64,000 nt of DNA from Ophelia neglecta (GCA_965285935.1 OZ260662.1:36828001-36892000); one strand, 5' to 3'; positions 1-12,867 are shown, counted from the stretch's first letter. Notes: a model not told the origin generated them from the sequence alone. A program made the numbers and translations.

Positions 1-238
1 GTATTCTCCGACAATTTAGGTAAGGTCTATAACTATGAAATAAATAGTACTGTGTGAACGTTTTATTGTGTCTATGAGTTGAAACAGTATTCTCCGACAA
101 TGTGTCTATGAGTTGAAACAGTATTCTCCGACAATTTAGGTAAGATCTATAACTATGAAATAAATAGTACTGTGTGAACGTTTTATTGTGTCTATGAGTT
201 GAAACAGTATTCTCCGACAATTTAGGTAAGATCTATAA
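1..238. repeat. Tandem repeat, 86-bp unit with one internally deleted 34-bp unit
   Basis: Units 1-86 and 121-206 (GTATTCTCCGACAATTTAGG...GAGTTGAAACA), a short unit 87-120 and a partial unit 207-238; may continue left of the window. Confidence 0.9.
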
Positions 239-1028
239 TTATAAATTCTGACCTTAATTGGGAAGAGGAATGCATTTTACTATAGTAGACTTTGTACGTA
301 GGTGTAAAGGCTTTATCATTGATAGAAATAACAAGTAAGTGCTAGTTGAGTCTGGCCTAAGACTCCCGGTTGTTTTCATAGATGATCATTTTAATGTTCC
401 TTTACAATCCAGATTTACCAAAAAAGACCTAAAATACTGGTGTCCCGAAAACACATTCAGAAGGAGGTGTGAACCCTTGATGGGGCATAATGTATTTAGG
501 AATTTTCGCCATAATAACTATAAAGAGTGAATATGAACTAATTACTAAACAGAAAATCGCAATTAAAATTGTATGCCCTCAGGTATATTTTATTCATAAG
601 GAATCTTTCATGACCGCTCGAACCTCATTAACATCATCACGTAGTTTATGCCTTGAACCTTCGCCTATGTAGTTCTAGCAACGCGTAGGAAGTCTACCAA
701 AGTGCTTTCATTCTTCCGTGGGGAACATCTCAGGGATGTCGGTTTACCATTCTTTACCACTTTCCTTTTAGGATCAACAGTTGAGACCTGTGATTTATTA
801 CGTTGTTGTGATCTTCAAATATGTGAGAATGGTCGGTTGAAGAATTTCACAGCATTGATTTTGTAACCACTTCACACAAACATTGCCCGGAGACGCCCCT
901 TGAAATTTACATGAGCATATATGCGTGTTTGCAGTAATCATACATAAACTCAAGGAAAATAACTGATTTGACTGAACAGGATTTAAGCACACAAAGAACA
1001 TCACTGCTAAGACATATTATTTAACAAA

Positions 1029-4000
1029 ATGACGGAGAAAATGAATGGCAAAGGAGACATCACTACAGCCAGCACATTGCAAGATGGAAAGCCTGTTGAG
1101 AAATGGACAGAGCTTGAAATTAAGAAGGAATCAAAACGGATATGGAAGAATATATTTCTTATTAGCATAGGCTTTCTGATGGTGTTTAATGCGTTTCAGG
1201 GTTTAGCACGTCTTCAAAGCAGCCTTCATCGCGTCGAAGGCATGGGTGTTATCACACAAAGTGTGCTTTACGCTACTTTGGTCATTTCCTGTTTGTTCAT
1301 TCCCAAAATTCTTATCTCTCTGATTGGCCACAAATGGACCATCCCACTGTCGTTTATGGGATATATCCTGTGGATGGCAGCCAATGGCTACGCAGTCTGG
1401 GGTACCATGATCACAGCTAGTATCATCGTAGGCCTTGCGGCGGCGCCACTGTGGACAGCCCAATGCTCGTACTTTACCAAAATCGCAGTCCGATACGCTC
1501 AGCTGAAAGGCGAGAAAGAGCAAGACGTCATCACGAAGTTCTTTGGAATCTTCTTCATGTTCTTCCAGATGTGTAAGTAACGGTTAAAATGGATTAAAAC
1601 ACTTCGTATTAGCCAAGTTATCAGGCTTAATTATTCAACAATGCATTCAAGTCAATGTCCAGCTAGCATCATTTATTTTGTTGATTCACCAATCTTTCTA
1701 CCAAACCAAACCTGGTATCATGAATAAGTGTATATTAACTTAAAAACAGTTCGTGAAATAAAATATAAGGATAGAGTTTGTATAAAGATAGATTATAAAA
1801 GTATGGATTTTATCCGACCTTTTTTATGTTTCCATCTAGCGACCATCATTGGTTCCATTATTTCTTTCACTGTGCTGCGACCGGTGGAGAAGAATGGTAC
1901 ATCCAGCCCCGAATTCACCATCGATGAGGTCCACCTATACTGCGGGGTTAATGACTGCCCGAACAATAACATCACTAACCCTAATCTGGAAAAACCTGAT
2001 AACACCACGGTAAGATATGTGTATGTAACTGCTTGCCTGTAGCAATACCATCTGAAGCGATTCATTGAAATGTAGCTGATATCAAAGAAGAAAATTACCC
2101 CCGCCTTAGAAAAAAGAAAAAGTCAGCAATGCCAATCAGGAGGACCATACCGACATCACTGCAAGATATTGTTAGTGCCTGTCCCAACAACAAGCTCAGG
2201 AACACCAGCCTATTTAATTTACCCTGAAGACAACACGGTAATGAATTTTCGGGATATAAGGAGGGCTTTCGAATGGTCAAGTTAGTTTAAAGCTATAGGT
2301 CGGTTGGTTTTACATAGAGTTAGGTCGGTAGTTGAGCAATACTTCCAGGTTGACCTGTTAGATCAAGTACCGGAGTGAATTGCATATGTAAATTGACCAT
2401 TTATGATACAGTTTATGATATCTCCGACAACGGAGATGTTGGAGTTAATTTTAGGATGTTAATAGTATAGAATAGACCCAAACGACCTTCTGAATAATAA
2501 CCATTGTGGGTAGTTTTATAAGCCACTGAAACCATCCTAAACATCGTACATACAAAATACCTGTATTCCAGTTTACAGTTCATTGCACTTTGAATGCCAG
2601 ATTATTTGGCCCAAGGCAAAATAAACATTGTTTTTAGGCTAGCAGACCATGACTCGTCTGTTCACTGCATATCATATCACCTGTAACCTGGGGTCACCTG
2701 AAATAAAACTAAGTTTACGTTGATCTTTTACTCAGTGAACTTTACCCATTAAACTAGGTGGATTCTAATATACGACTGAGATATAATCGATATTAAAATT
2801 GAAATTTATTTCATCTCGGGCACTTCATTTTATGGTAAGCAGGCCCTAAGTCCATTTTTTGTTTTATTGATATGTATGTTCAACCAAGGTTTATACAAGC
2901 AGGAGTGTTCTTTCCCATGCCGTGAATCTTATCAGTGTGTTGAAATCAATGCCACTTATACAACACAATTACAATGCAGTTTCTGGTCTTGGTCCTAAAC
3001 TGGAAACAATAACCATAACAATTCACTGATGTGCAGCGGTCACTGCGGCAAACGGCATTATCATGCGGCCAGAGCAATGTCAATTCAGCAAAACGGAGGT
3101 CGCCACACAGTAATGCTGTTTGCTGCACTGACATTGCTTTGGTTGCACAGTTATGTTGTTTGCCGTACTAACCGCTTCGCAACAGTGATAAGAACTCAAA
3201 TGCCCTACCTAACTATATCTACTTAACAAACCGGTTAACAATACCAGGAATAATGCTGCGTTCATTGCCCAAAAACAACATATTTTACCACCCATACATG
3301 CTCTTGGTCAAACCAATTACTGGTATGTTTCTACTTTCTACCAAGCGACTGGTGTGCGCTATACACATCTAGTTCCTTTCCTGATTCAGATTTGAAAATT
3401 TTCAAATAGAAATACGCTTTATTGTCACAAATGGAATGCCTTGTTTCAACCTCATTTGGTGAAAGTTTACTTATTTCAATCAAAAGATTAATTAATCACA
3501 AATTTGTCAAAACATGGGAAGCTTTATGTAGCCGGAATTCTATCCAAATTTGGGAAAATGGATAATTCTTGTACAAGATCGATTTTTTAGTCTGACGATA
3601 TAGTAGTAGCATTTAGTTCTTTTTTAGACCTTCATACTTTCTTTCCTTAAAGACTGATTCGGTTTCTTTTTCTTAGTGGCATGGTAGAAATCAGTGACTA
3701 TTTTTCATTATATCCATTTCCTGTTTCAGGCTTATTTACTGCTTTGTGTGAAATGTGCTGGGCGGCATGCTCTGAATATGTATAACTAACACTATCTAAA
3801 CCAAACATCCTGGTATTGTTAAAAAGCACATACAAAATCACAGGAGTAGATACCCGGCAGGCAGTGCCATATCAAACAAACAGTTAATTGAGTTTTCCGA
3901 AAAATTCAGAAACCAGCAGTCACAGGTCCACATACATCAATGCATAATACCCAACTTCCAAACAGTAAATACACAGGTGATGCAAATAAAAAATTAGTAT

Positions 4001-7000
4001 ATCCCTTGCAATGAAAAGTAACGTTTTTTAGTAAGTTTTCCATGATGCGGGTAAGAGCATAAATCAAACGTCTCATTGGTCATTGTAGGACAGAGATGTT
4101 GGATATGCCATTGCAGAGTCTTTGATGGTGCAAGCTCTCTCATGATTTATGACAAAATTAATTAGTCTCATAAGATCAACATGAGTACATTAGATCAAAA
4201 AGTTCCACTATATTTAAGGAGGGTCACTGGGGTACCATTGGCAAAATGGGGGAAAATTTGGGGAAAAATTGAAACATCATACAGAAAGTTAAAACCAATA
4301 CACAAATATTCGCCATTATTCCTTTCTTGGGAATCGGCAAGAATTTGAAAATATTTGATTGTGCCGCACCCAAAAACAGACCTGTTCCCATGGTAACCTA
4401 TACAAATAGCAAAATTAAAAAAATAAATAAAACGAAATATATCTAGAGTTATTATGCACATTGCTTTGAAAAAAGTATCTCCATATAGGCAACCAACTAT
4501 TGTGCATCAAATATTATCATGACCTAATCTTGTCAAAGTCAAGGTCAAAGGTCAAAGGTCGCTGACTATCACAATTTCAATATTTTAACATTTGGGCAAT
4601 GAATTTTGTTGAATACAAAAAAAATTAGTGCCGTAAGCCTATGAAAATTGTACATCATTTGAAAGATTAATATGTCTACAACAAAGTAAGAAGAAAAAAT
4701 CAGACTTGTTGAATCTGTTTTAAGCAATTTCTGATCACTTTAAAACTATGGGGCCTATTTTCCCATATACTCCCATTATAAAACCTGCACTGAACCCCTA
4801 TTTTCATGGAATTTTCAACAGGACACAGCATAAAAACGAGGTCCGCTACCCATGTTTTTCTTTCGACATTTTCAATCTATCAAACAAGAGCTTCAAAAAA
4901 ATGAAATAAAATATACATGTTTGACAAAAATTTTTTACCCCAGTGACCCTCCTTAAGAGGAAAACGGTATCAAATCTCCTCGATCATGCAATATAATATA
5001 AACTATGTAAAGTAAACCAGTTACGTTTTTATTGAACTGAAAACGTGCATTTGCAACGTTAAATATTATATCAAAAAAGCAAGACGAACAAGACCTCCAG
5101 CCCAAGATTGCATTCAAATAATGTTTATTTTCATAAAGCTGGACATTTCTGTTGCAATGGATAAAATGTATTTGGAAACTGGATTTGGAATTGTGAATTA
5201 ATTTGGTTTCAGGTATGGACGATGGTTGGTATCTACATGGCTATTGCGATTGCCGCTGTGATCATGATCTGCATCTTTGTTGACCAGCTACCACGTGACC
5301 TTCGAGACCCGAGGGTCAGCGGAAAGGAGCTAGCGCAGCTGGCGGTGGCAACGGTCAAACAGCTCAGACACAAGGAGCAGCTACTACTTATAGTGTTGAC
5401 TATGTACAGTGGGTTTGAACAGGCGTTCTTCAATGCCGAATTTAGTGCGGTACGTGGAGGCTAGAAAATGTGTCAGTAATATGAATATTTGAGGCTATTC
5501 AACGGTTCGGCATGTGAAAATAAAAACTACACCAAATTTGTCTATTGCACCCTTGTTTTTGGTCCAATTTGGCAGAATTCAATAGAGGGCAATGGACAAC
5601 ATATTGCCCGTTTCGGTCAATTCCAGGCATTGGTGCATCTTTTGTGGTGCAAGGCATATTTATAATTTCCACACATTAAAATAAGTAATGAACACTGAAG
5701 TATTCAACACTTGCTCAGTTGTGACATTCCTCGCAGCATTTTTATGTTTTCCTTGTGGCCAAAATAATTTATTTACATTGTCATTAATTTCCAGTCATTT
5801 GTGAGCTGTTCTCTTGGCATATATAAGGTCGGATTGGTTTCCTTATCTTTTGGTGTTGTTAACACCATAACTTCATTCAGCACCGGACAGCTTGTCAAAT
5901 ATACAGGGAGGATACCAATCTTCATTACAGGTATATTCCCCGCTCGTCAGCTTTTGGTTTAGAGACCAAAAGTTAGAACTGTCTAGATTCTCATGAAACT
6001 TGATTATTGTAACTAGTGTTCGCAAGAGACACTTTGGAATATATTTTGGGAATAATGATGCACCTTCGATAACATTCCATTGAGTTATGACCCTGCAATG
6101 GAAATATTTTCATCATATAAAAAGTTTAAAAATAGACCGAAAAGTAAACTAATCAAAAAGGAGGTCCATGAAACTAGTGCAAATTCATTTCATACCCATC
6201 TCACATTGAAAAAAGGTGATCTTCTATCTACTTTTCCGAAGGTATCATTTTAAGCAGGGCAATACTAATATAATATTTTTTTAGTATTTATTATTCTATT
6301 TCGTCAGGACCTGTAACATGCATTATTTTTTTTAAAGCCTAGTTTTCTTTTATGATCACTTGATATGCCAACTGAATTTAACACGAAAGTGCCCTGTTCT
6401 AAATACGAACACTAAATCACATAAATAGTTTTGAATTAACTGATTAGTTTACTTTTCGGTCTTTTTTTAAACTTTTTTTAACTGGCCCTGCTAAATACTA
6501 TTAGAATTGTGATAGGGGTCGCTTTTGTCCACAGGGCAAGCAAGCAAGTGCAATTTCCGCAGATGGGGGAGCATGAACAAATGTAGAAAAGTAACACGCA
6601 AAAAACATCATAAAAGGATGCCTGCCACGGGCAATTTACTAATAGTGATTCAAACATCTAGAATTTCACTTACATTTTAAACAAGTTAATTTTCAATCTT
6701 TCTAGGTTTATGTGTGGATTTGTGTACTCAGTTCACATTAATGTTTTGGATGCCAGATCCGAACCAGGAATATGTTCTCTTCATACTCTCGGGGATGTGG
6801 GGTCTAACCGACGGTATCTGGCAAACACAAATCAATGGTAGGTTGTTTTTGCATGTCGAATTTCATTAATAACCAACAACTATCTAAAGTATGGAAAGAT
6901 TATACCGTAACTTACCAGAAAAATGGCAGGAGACCCATATCAATGGCTAATCTATGCATGTAGTTCTACTCGATAAATTACACACACCCAATTTAATTGC

Positions 7001-7402
7001 ATACCATCCTGCGAACTGTAACCTTGATCAATGCCATGTACTTTTCCAGCGCTGTATGGGTCAATCTTCAGCAAAGAGTCAGAGGCGGCATTCTCCAACT
7101 ACCGACTGTGGGAATCGCTTGGTTTCGTTGTCGCCTTCGCGTACAGCAGCTTCCTCTGCACGAGTATTAAGTTGTACATTCTGACGTGCATCCTAGGTGC
7201 TGGAATGATTGGATATTTCCTTACTGAATGGGTGGTTCATCTTCGGAAAACGAATTCACTGGACAACAATTTTACCTTAAAAGGTGGCCCCGAATCCTCA
7301 GACAGCGATCAGCAGGCCAGTCCAGCTAGGTTTTCCTATACAGGAGACACGGCAGGTGGTTATGACAACCCAGCACTCAGCAGACCAACGCCAGGCATAT
7401 GA
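1029..7402 (+). CDS. UNC93A: UNC-93-like protein A, paralogue A (6 coding exons, 523 aa)
   Basis: Exons 1029-1572, 1840-2009, 5213-5449, 5795-5930, 6706-6837, 7050-7402; all introns GT-AG with matching phases, 1572 nt in total. UNC93A motifs LQSSLH, GLAAAPLWTAQCSY, YCGVNDCP, YSGFEQAF, DGIWQTQINALYG, AFSNYRLWESLGF. Candidate AATAAA at 8119-8124. Confidence 0.92.
2100..2480 (-). mobile_element. Highly decayed Penelope-like retroelement fragment in intron 2 of copy A
   Basis: Minus-strand remnants resembling Penelope-like RT/thumb motifs: TTD-(L)-YVKPTD and GQALTISCSD (compare TDLYxKPTD and SQALRxRRICS); many indels; boundaries approximate. Confidence 0.35.
3023..3188. repeat. Long imperfect inverted repeat (~70-bp arms)
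   Basis: Arm 3025-3092 aligns without gaps to the reverse complement of the arm ending at 3186, 51/68 identical by eye. Confidence 0.85.
4218..4952. mobile_element. Non-autonomous Kolobok-type DNA transposon (735 bp)
   Basis: Perfect 17-bp TIR GGAGGGTCACTGGGGTA / TACCCCAGTGACCCTCC flanked by TTAA on both sides (4214-4217, 4953-4956). A TTAA TSD with RR...YY termini fits Kolobok rather than piggyBac (CC...GG). No transposase ORF. Confidence 0.8.
6119..6478. mobile_element. MITE-like element in intron 4 of copy A
   Basis: ~37-bp near-perfect inverted repeat AAAAAGTTTAAAAATAGACCGAAAAGTAAACTAATCA (6119-6155) versus 6441-6478; TSD not clearly resolved. Confidence 0.55.
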
Positions 7403-8330
7403 TTTCTCTATAAATACTATTACAATTTATATTCCACAGACATAATATTGTCTGTCCTGCTCAACTCCAGGCATCTCAGTAAATTTGAGCGACAAAAGTC
7501 GACGTAGAAAACAAAATATGAATCATCCGTATCAGGTAAATGACCAATACAAATTTTAAATCATTCTGGCAGGTTTGTTACGCAAGTTTCTTTCTGAGAG
7601 TAAAATGTGTGGGAAAGGGATGGTGTTTGCTATTAGAGCCATGTTGTTTTATGTTAGATTAAACACTTGTCACTGTATATTTATATCAAATAATTATGCT
7701 TATATTATAAAAGGCTATTATGAATGCCTAAAAATAATTGTCAAAGTATATTCATGTCAATTAAATATGATAATGTTATCAAAGACTATATGAATGTCTA
7801 ATATTCAAAGTTTATTTTTAAAGTTTTTTTTTATGAAGAGAGCTCAGTAACCCGTGTTAACTTGTTAAATAGGCAACATTGCGTTATTTTGTTCATACGA
7901 AGTACAGGTTATTCTAAAACGCCGTGGGTTTTTGTATTTTATTATATATACAATTAGTGAATGTCAGGCGTTTTTTTTCTGTGCAAGCTTTTGTACCGAC
8001 TGATTTTAATCGTCGTTTGCATAGATGCATTCTATAATCGTTATCGTTATTGAATATAACACATCATATATTGAATTTTGTAATCTTGTCATCAGAAATA
8101 ATTCTTGGTACATTTTGAAATAAACATTCTTACAGACAGAATATGTTTACCGTTTATTTAATACATTTTTCACCAAGATCTGCAGCCTCTTTAGCAAAAC
8201 GACACCTCGACAAACTAGCATCTTACTACAATTAAAACGGTTCCCTTTCGGTTGCACATAAATATCGATGTATAAACATCCTTGCTGTTGGTAAGTACCA
8301 AAGAGATATAGAATAGCTTTGCAGATTATC

Positions 8331-11300
8331 TTGTTGTTGTTGTCTTTATTTCCTCCTATGCAGGAGATTTCAACTGTACAAAATACATATAATACATTTG
8401 GTTCAATTTAAATATAATACAAAATTAATACAAATACGGATTTTACATTTAGACGACCGATAATTTTTCCACAATCACTTTGAACTAGTCTATTATGTAA
8501 TTATACAGCATATCATTTGTGACATGCTGCCGAAGGCCATACCAATGTACTGCATTAAGGCTAAAAAATGTAATTTTCTCTTTTACAAGAATTTCGCCAT
8601 TAAAAAACGCCTGAATAAACGCATCATTTGGGAGGTTAGCAAGCGCCACTGACATTTGTTGCTAAGTGTGTTCGCGAGAGCATCCCAATACACGTTTCTC
8701 CGCTCACCAGTGACTTCACACTCACAGATGAGATGCTCCGCACAGTCGATAATGTGTGCCCACAGAGTGGGCAAGGTCGTACTGGTCCTGTGTTTCTTGA
8801 GGAGAGTTTGACGAGGAAGGCGAATTGGGGCTGAAGACCACATGATTTGTTGGCAGCCAGCCAGAGCTCGCAGGCCTCTGTGGGGGTGCCATGGAACTGC
8901 CTGAAGGCCACGAAATCAGGACCATGGGTCATGACTAATTCGGCGTTTGCCTCCGTTTCAGATGCCATTGCGCTCCTTACTGCGCGCTTCCACTCTGCAC
9001 GGCCACACCACTGTCCTTGGTACAAGTAGTGATAGATGACGTCATCGAGCATGAGTCGATTAAATATGGGAATAATCCTAGACGCGAAGCCGCGATGATG
9101 GTCAGTTACATCAAACAAGTACTTTAAACCAGGAAATTTTCGCGAGGAGGAAATTTTCGCGAGTTTCGCGAATAGCAGACACCCGCGAAAATTACCTGCT
9201 CGCGAAAATTTCGTGTCTAAATACTACTAGTTAAATCAGTTGCAACGCATGACATACTTCACTTTCAATTTCAGAAGCGCGAAGTTTTCCTGGCGCGAAA
9301 ATATCCTGTGGGGATTCCCGCGAAATTTTCCTGTCGCGAAATTTTCCTGGTTTACAGTATTGGAATAAACGTAGCCGCAATAGCCTGGATGCCAGGGCGA
9401 ATGGAGGGAGCGCTATAACATTTCCAAAGAACTGTAGGAGGCGCCTGTCCATCTCCTGCTCGATACTACCCATTCCGAGCAGGGATGTAACTTTAAGCGA
9501 TCGACATCTCGTGGGTAGATTTTGTATCACTTTCAGACACGTGCGATGGGCAACCTCCAGAACTGACCATTCCTTGGCAGGCAACTCGGGCCACATTTCA
9601 GTGCCATAAAGAGCCTTCGGTAGAACTATGTGACAGTACAGTTTAAGCGAAGTCAAAGGAGACAGGCCCTTTGGGTGCGTTCCAATACCAATAAGTCCTA
9701 TCAGCTGCGAGCGCAGAGAGTTGGCGACTGAATGCACCCGGTCCGGTGGAGTCTTTGTTCTTAATGTAATTCCGACATGGGTTGCCTCTTGAACGGGTGA
9801 TATTAGGTTATCACCGAGCCTCCAGGTTAATTTGTCGCTCGCACAACCATTCCGGCCTATTGTCGAAGGATCAAACACCATAATTTTGGTTTTGGCCGCG
9901 TTGAAATGGAACCGCCATGTCCGACTGTAATCAAAGCAAATGTCCAGCAATTTTTGCATTGACTTTGGGCTCAGAGACAGCAAGGCCACATCATCTGCCT
10001 GGAGAATTGCCTCAGCCCCTGGTCAGAAGCTTCTAGCTGTCTGGGCAGATCGTCTATGAACGCAACGTATTGGTTTGGGCCCAATACACTGCCCTGTCTT
10101 ACTGACTGCATCACTGCGAACTCACCAGACAAATGACCTTTGTAATTCACAACCGCCCGCATATTGGTGTAGGCATCATAGAGGAGCAACCAAAGTTTTC
10201 CTTGAATGCCTAGGCTATGTATTTTCATAAAGAGTCCGGCCGTCCATACGCAATCGAAGGCAGTCGAGGAATCAAGTAGGCAAAGATACACCTTGCTCTT
10301 CCTCTCGAGTGCCCAGTTGATAGCTTCATGAATGACAAAAGATGACATTAAGGAACTCCTCCCCTTTCTAAATCCGTTCTGTACTTCCGATGGGAAGCCT
10401 AAGCTCCTGCCCTCCGGTGTGGAAAGCCAGTCAGTCCATCGCAGTAGAATGACGCACTCTAAGAGTTTGTACAATGCCGGGAGCAGGGAGATGCCTCTGT
10501 AGTTTTTCCTGTCATCCTTATATTTACGGCAGCCTTTGTAGATTGGGACAATTACACTTTGCTTCATTGGCGTCGGCACAGAACATAACCTGTACATGGC
10601 ATTATAGAGATGTGTCAGGCTGTACAGGAGAGTAGTCCCCCCGTATTTAATATGTTCGTACACAATACTATCATGTCCTCCACTTTTGCCGTTTTTAGTC
10701 TGAGAGATCGCAACACTGATTTCATGGGGCGTAAGAGGTTCACCCATGACTGTGTCTGTTTCCATAATCGCACTTTCTTTGATTTTCTGAACATGCCGCA
10801 CCACCTGTTCTCTGTGTTTGTCATCAAAAGCAGGATCCTCAAGGAAAGAGTACAGCTGTGTGAAATGTTCGGCTCATGTCTCTGTAATTTCAAGCGGTTC
10901 TCTAATAATGTCATTGCCAATACACAGTTCGTGACTTTCCAGCGTTCGTTTACTACGCCGCGAATTGATGAGTCGCCAGAGTTTCTCCTGGTCGCATTCT
11001 GCGGCGCTGTCAATTTCATGAAAATAATCAGCCTCAGTAGCTTCCACCAGCCGCCGCTGAACTTGTCTAAATTTTCTTTTGGGGTCCTTGTATTCGCGAA
11101 ATGTTTTGTGTTCACGGCCACGTGGTCGTTTGTCAGCGATCCATAGTCCCCGTAAGCGCCTCATAGTGTCGTGAAGTACGTTGAGGCCATCTGTTCTCCA
11201 ATATGGCTTTAAATAGGAACAAAACCGTTTCTCTGGTATAATGTCATGTGAAGCTACCTGCATGCTCGTAATGAGGTAACCATACTTCACTTCTAAGTCA

Positions 11301-12480
11301 GTAGCATTATCGATGGTCTCTTGACCAAATGTGGACAGTGCCTCGTCCAGTGCTTGTTGATACAATGGTATAGCCGAGCAGTTCTCTATGGCCTTCCGCC
11401 AATTAAGCGCCTTTTTGGTAGCTATACCCACTGTACTACTCTGGGGTATGTAGGAGACATTCAAGGTACACCTGACAGGTAAGTGGTCGGACACATTTTG
11501 GGAATCGTCGTCCATGATGAAATATGACATAACAATGTCCCTAAGCCGCGCGCGTGGGATAATGTGGTCAATCAGTGATCTTGGACCACCGTCGAATGGT
11601 TCTCTAGTGTAGCTTGCACCTAAACATCCGTCCTCTACCATCCATGATGTCAGTTCACGCTCCGCTAGAAAGCGGCTAAAGGTTAGTCGCCTCTGCTTTG
11701 CCAGGGAGGATTCTCGCCTGATTTGGGCATCTGGTCTATGAACTACGCAGTTAAAATCACCCAGAAGTATAACCTCAGAGTTCACCACTAGCGTATCGTA
11801 CACTGCTGCAAGTTCCGAAAGTGCTTCCACAAATGGTCCCATGCCCTGATCAGAAGAAGGCAAATAAACCCCGACAAGGCTGATATTAATCGAAAAGGAC
11901 AGTTGTATTATCTGTATTCTTGAACTGTCGTGGACAATGTGCTTAACAAAAGGACTTAACTCCTTTTTCCAGAGAAAGGCAACTCCGCCCATATAGCGCT
12001 TACCGGGGTGGCTTGGGTCCAGATTTTCGTTTCTCGGGTCACATTTCACCACGGTTTCATAGTCAATGTTTAACCGTGCTAGCGCAGGAGTCATACTCTT
12101 GCGGAGCCAATGCTCCGACAGAAATAACACATCAAGTTTCAGTTTATTAGTCAGGTAATCGACATACAAGCAACTGCGGAAGAGGCCTTGGCAGTTATAA
12201 GCCCCCAAAGATAGAGTTCTAGTGATATGTACCATGGTTTCGGCTATTTTGCGCACTCCTGTTCGACCTATTATCCCGTTCCACCCAGATTCTTGCGTAT
12301 GTGCTTCCTGGCCAAAACTCATCTTTGGTTAAAGTCTCTAACGCGGAACTCTCCGCATGCATGATCGCTGCAAATCCAGACCCACCTTTACTTTTGATTA
12401 TACGGATTTCGCCTGTACGTATATTACTGGACCACGGTAGATACCACCTAAAGAGTTTATTATTTTTAGCATAACTGTTA
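8331..12480 (-). mobile_element. 5'-truncated, inactivated non-LTR retrotransposon (RTE group, RTEX/Proto2-like), APE endonuclease + RT + C-terminal zinc knuckle
   Basis: ORF2 from ATG 12235: APE motifs (YNCQG, LSEHWL, LGDFN, SDHLPV), RT motifs (NYRGISLL, QNGFRKG, VRQGSVLGP, QADD), LYGTEMW, CPLC...HLICEC. Lesions: in-frame TGA at 10874-10876 (W codon), frameshifting deletion near 10010, MITE insertion, frameshift near 8750. ORF1 C-terminus (FWPGSTYARIW) at 12219-12420. 3' end AATAAA + (CAA)n at 8331-8350. 5' boundary approximate. Confidence 0.9.
9122..9357. mobile_element. TA-target MITE (236 bp) inserted in LINE ORF2
   Basis: ~24-bp TIR CT(T/G)TAAACCAGGAAA(T/A)TTTCGCGA, TA on both sides (9120-9121, 9358-9359), internal TTCGCG/CGCGAA motifs. 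Removing it and one TA restores the host frame LRLRLFQYLFDVTD. Confidence 0.9.
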
Positions 12481-12867
12481 GATATCATTCACATTCGCTT
12501 ATCTTGTACATGATCCAACCCAGTAGCACTCAGTATATGACAAGGGATTTTCCTTATACATTTCAGTCCTGCAATACAATAGCCGACCTAGATCATGTCT
12601 AGTTGTCATTAGAAACCGTAGAGATTCGTCAATACAAAAGTAAACACCAAAGTATTGATATTAGGTAGATAATTAAAAATTAGTGCACGAGAATCGTCAA
12701 ACAAGTTGGTCCAGATTTGCCAGAAACTGTGTGCTTTCAACAGTTTAAGAACCAATATTTAGTGTAAATATAAGGTAATTAGTCCCTGAAACTATCCAAA
12801 CAAAACCACACAATTCAGAACTCATACTCAAAGCCAATGGAAGATATTCTATCTCATGTAATATGAG

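Noticed and set aside
1-238. CRISPR-like repeat/spacer appearance
   Set aside because: The intervening sequences are identical, so it is a plain tandem repeat; eukaryotic context and no cas genes.
10610-11146. Antisense and alternative-frame ORFs over LINEs and exons (also 30306-30734, 62228-62722, 1203-1523, 41658-41969)
   Set aside because: Shadow ORFs of real coding sequence with no recognisable motifs.
12499-12507. TTATCTTGT as TSD of the first LINE
   Set aside because: A short AT-rich match that overlaps the (CAA)n tail at the other end; could be chance.
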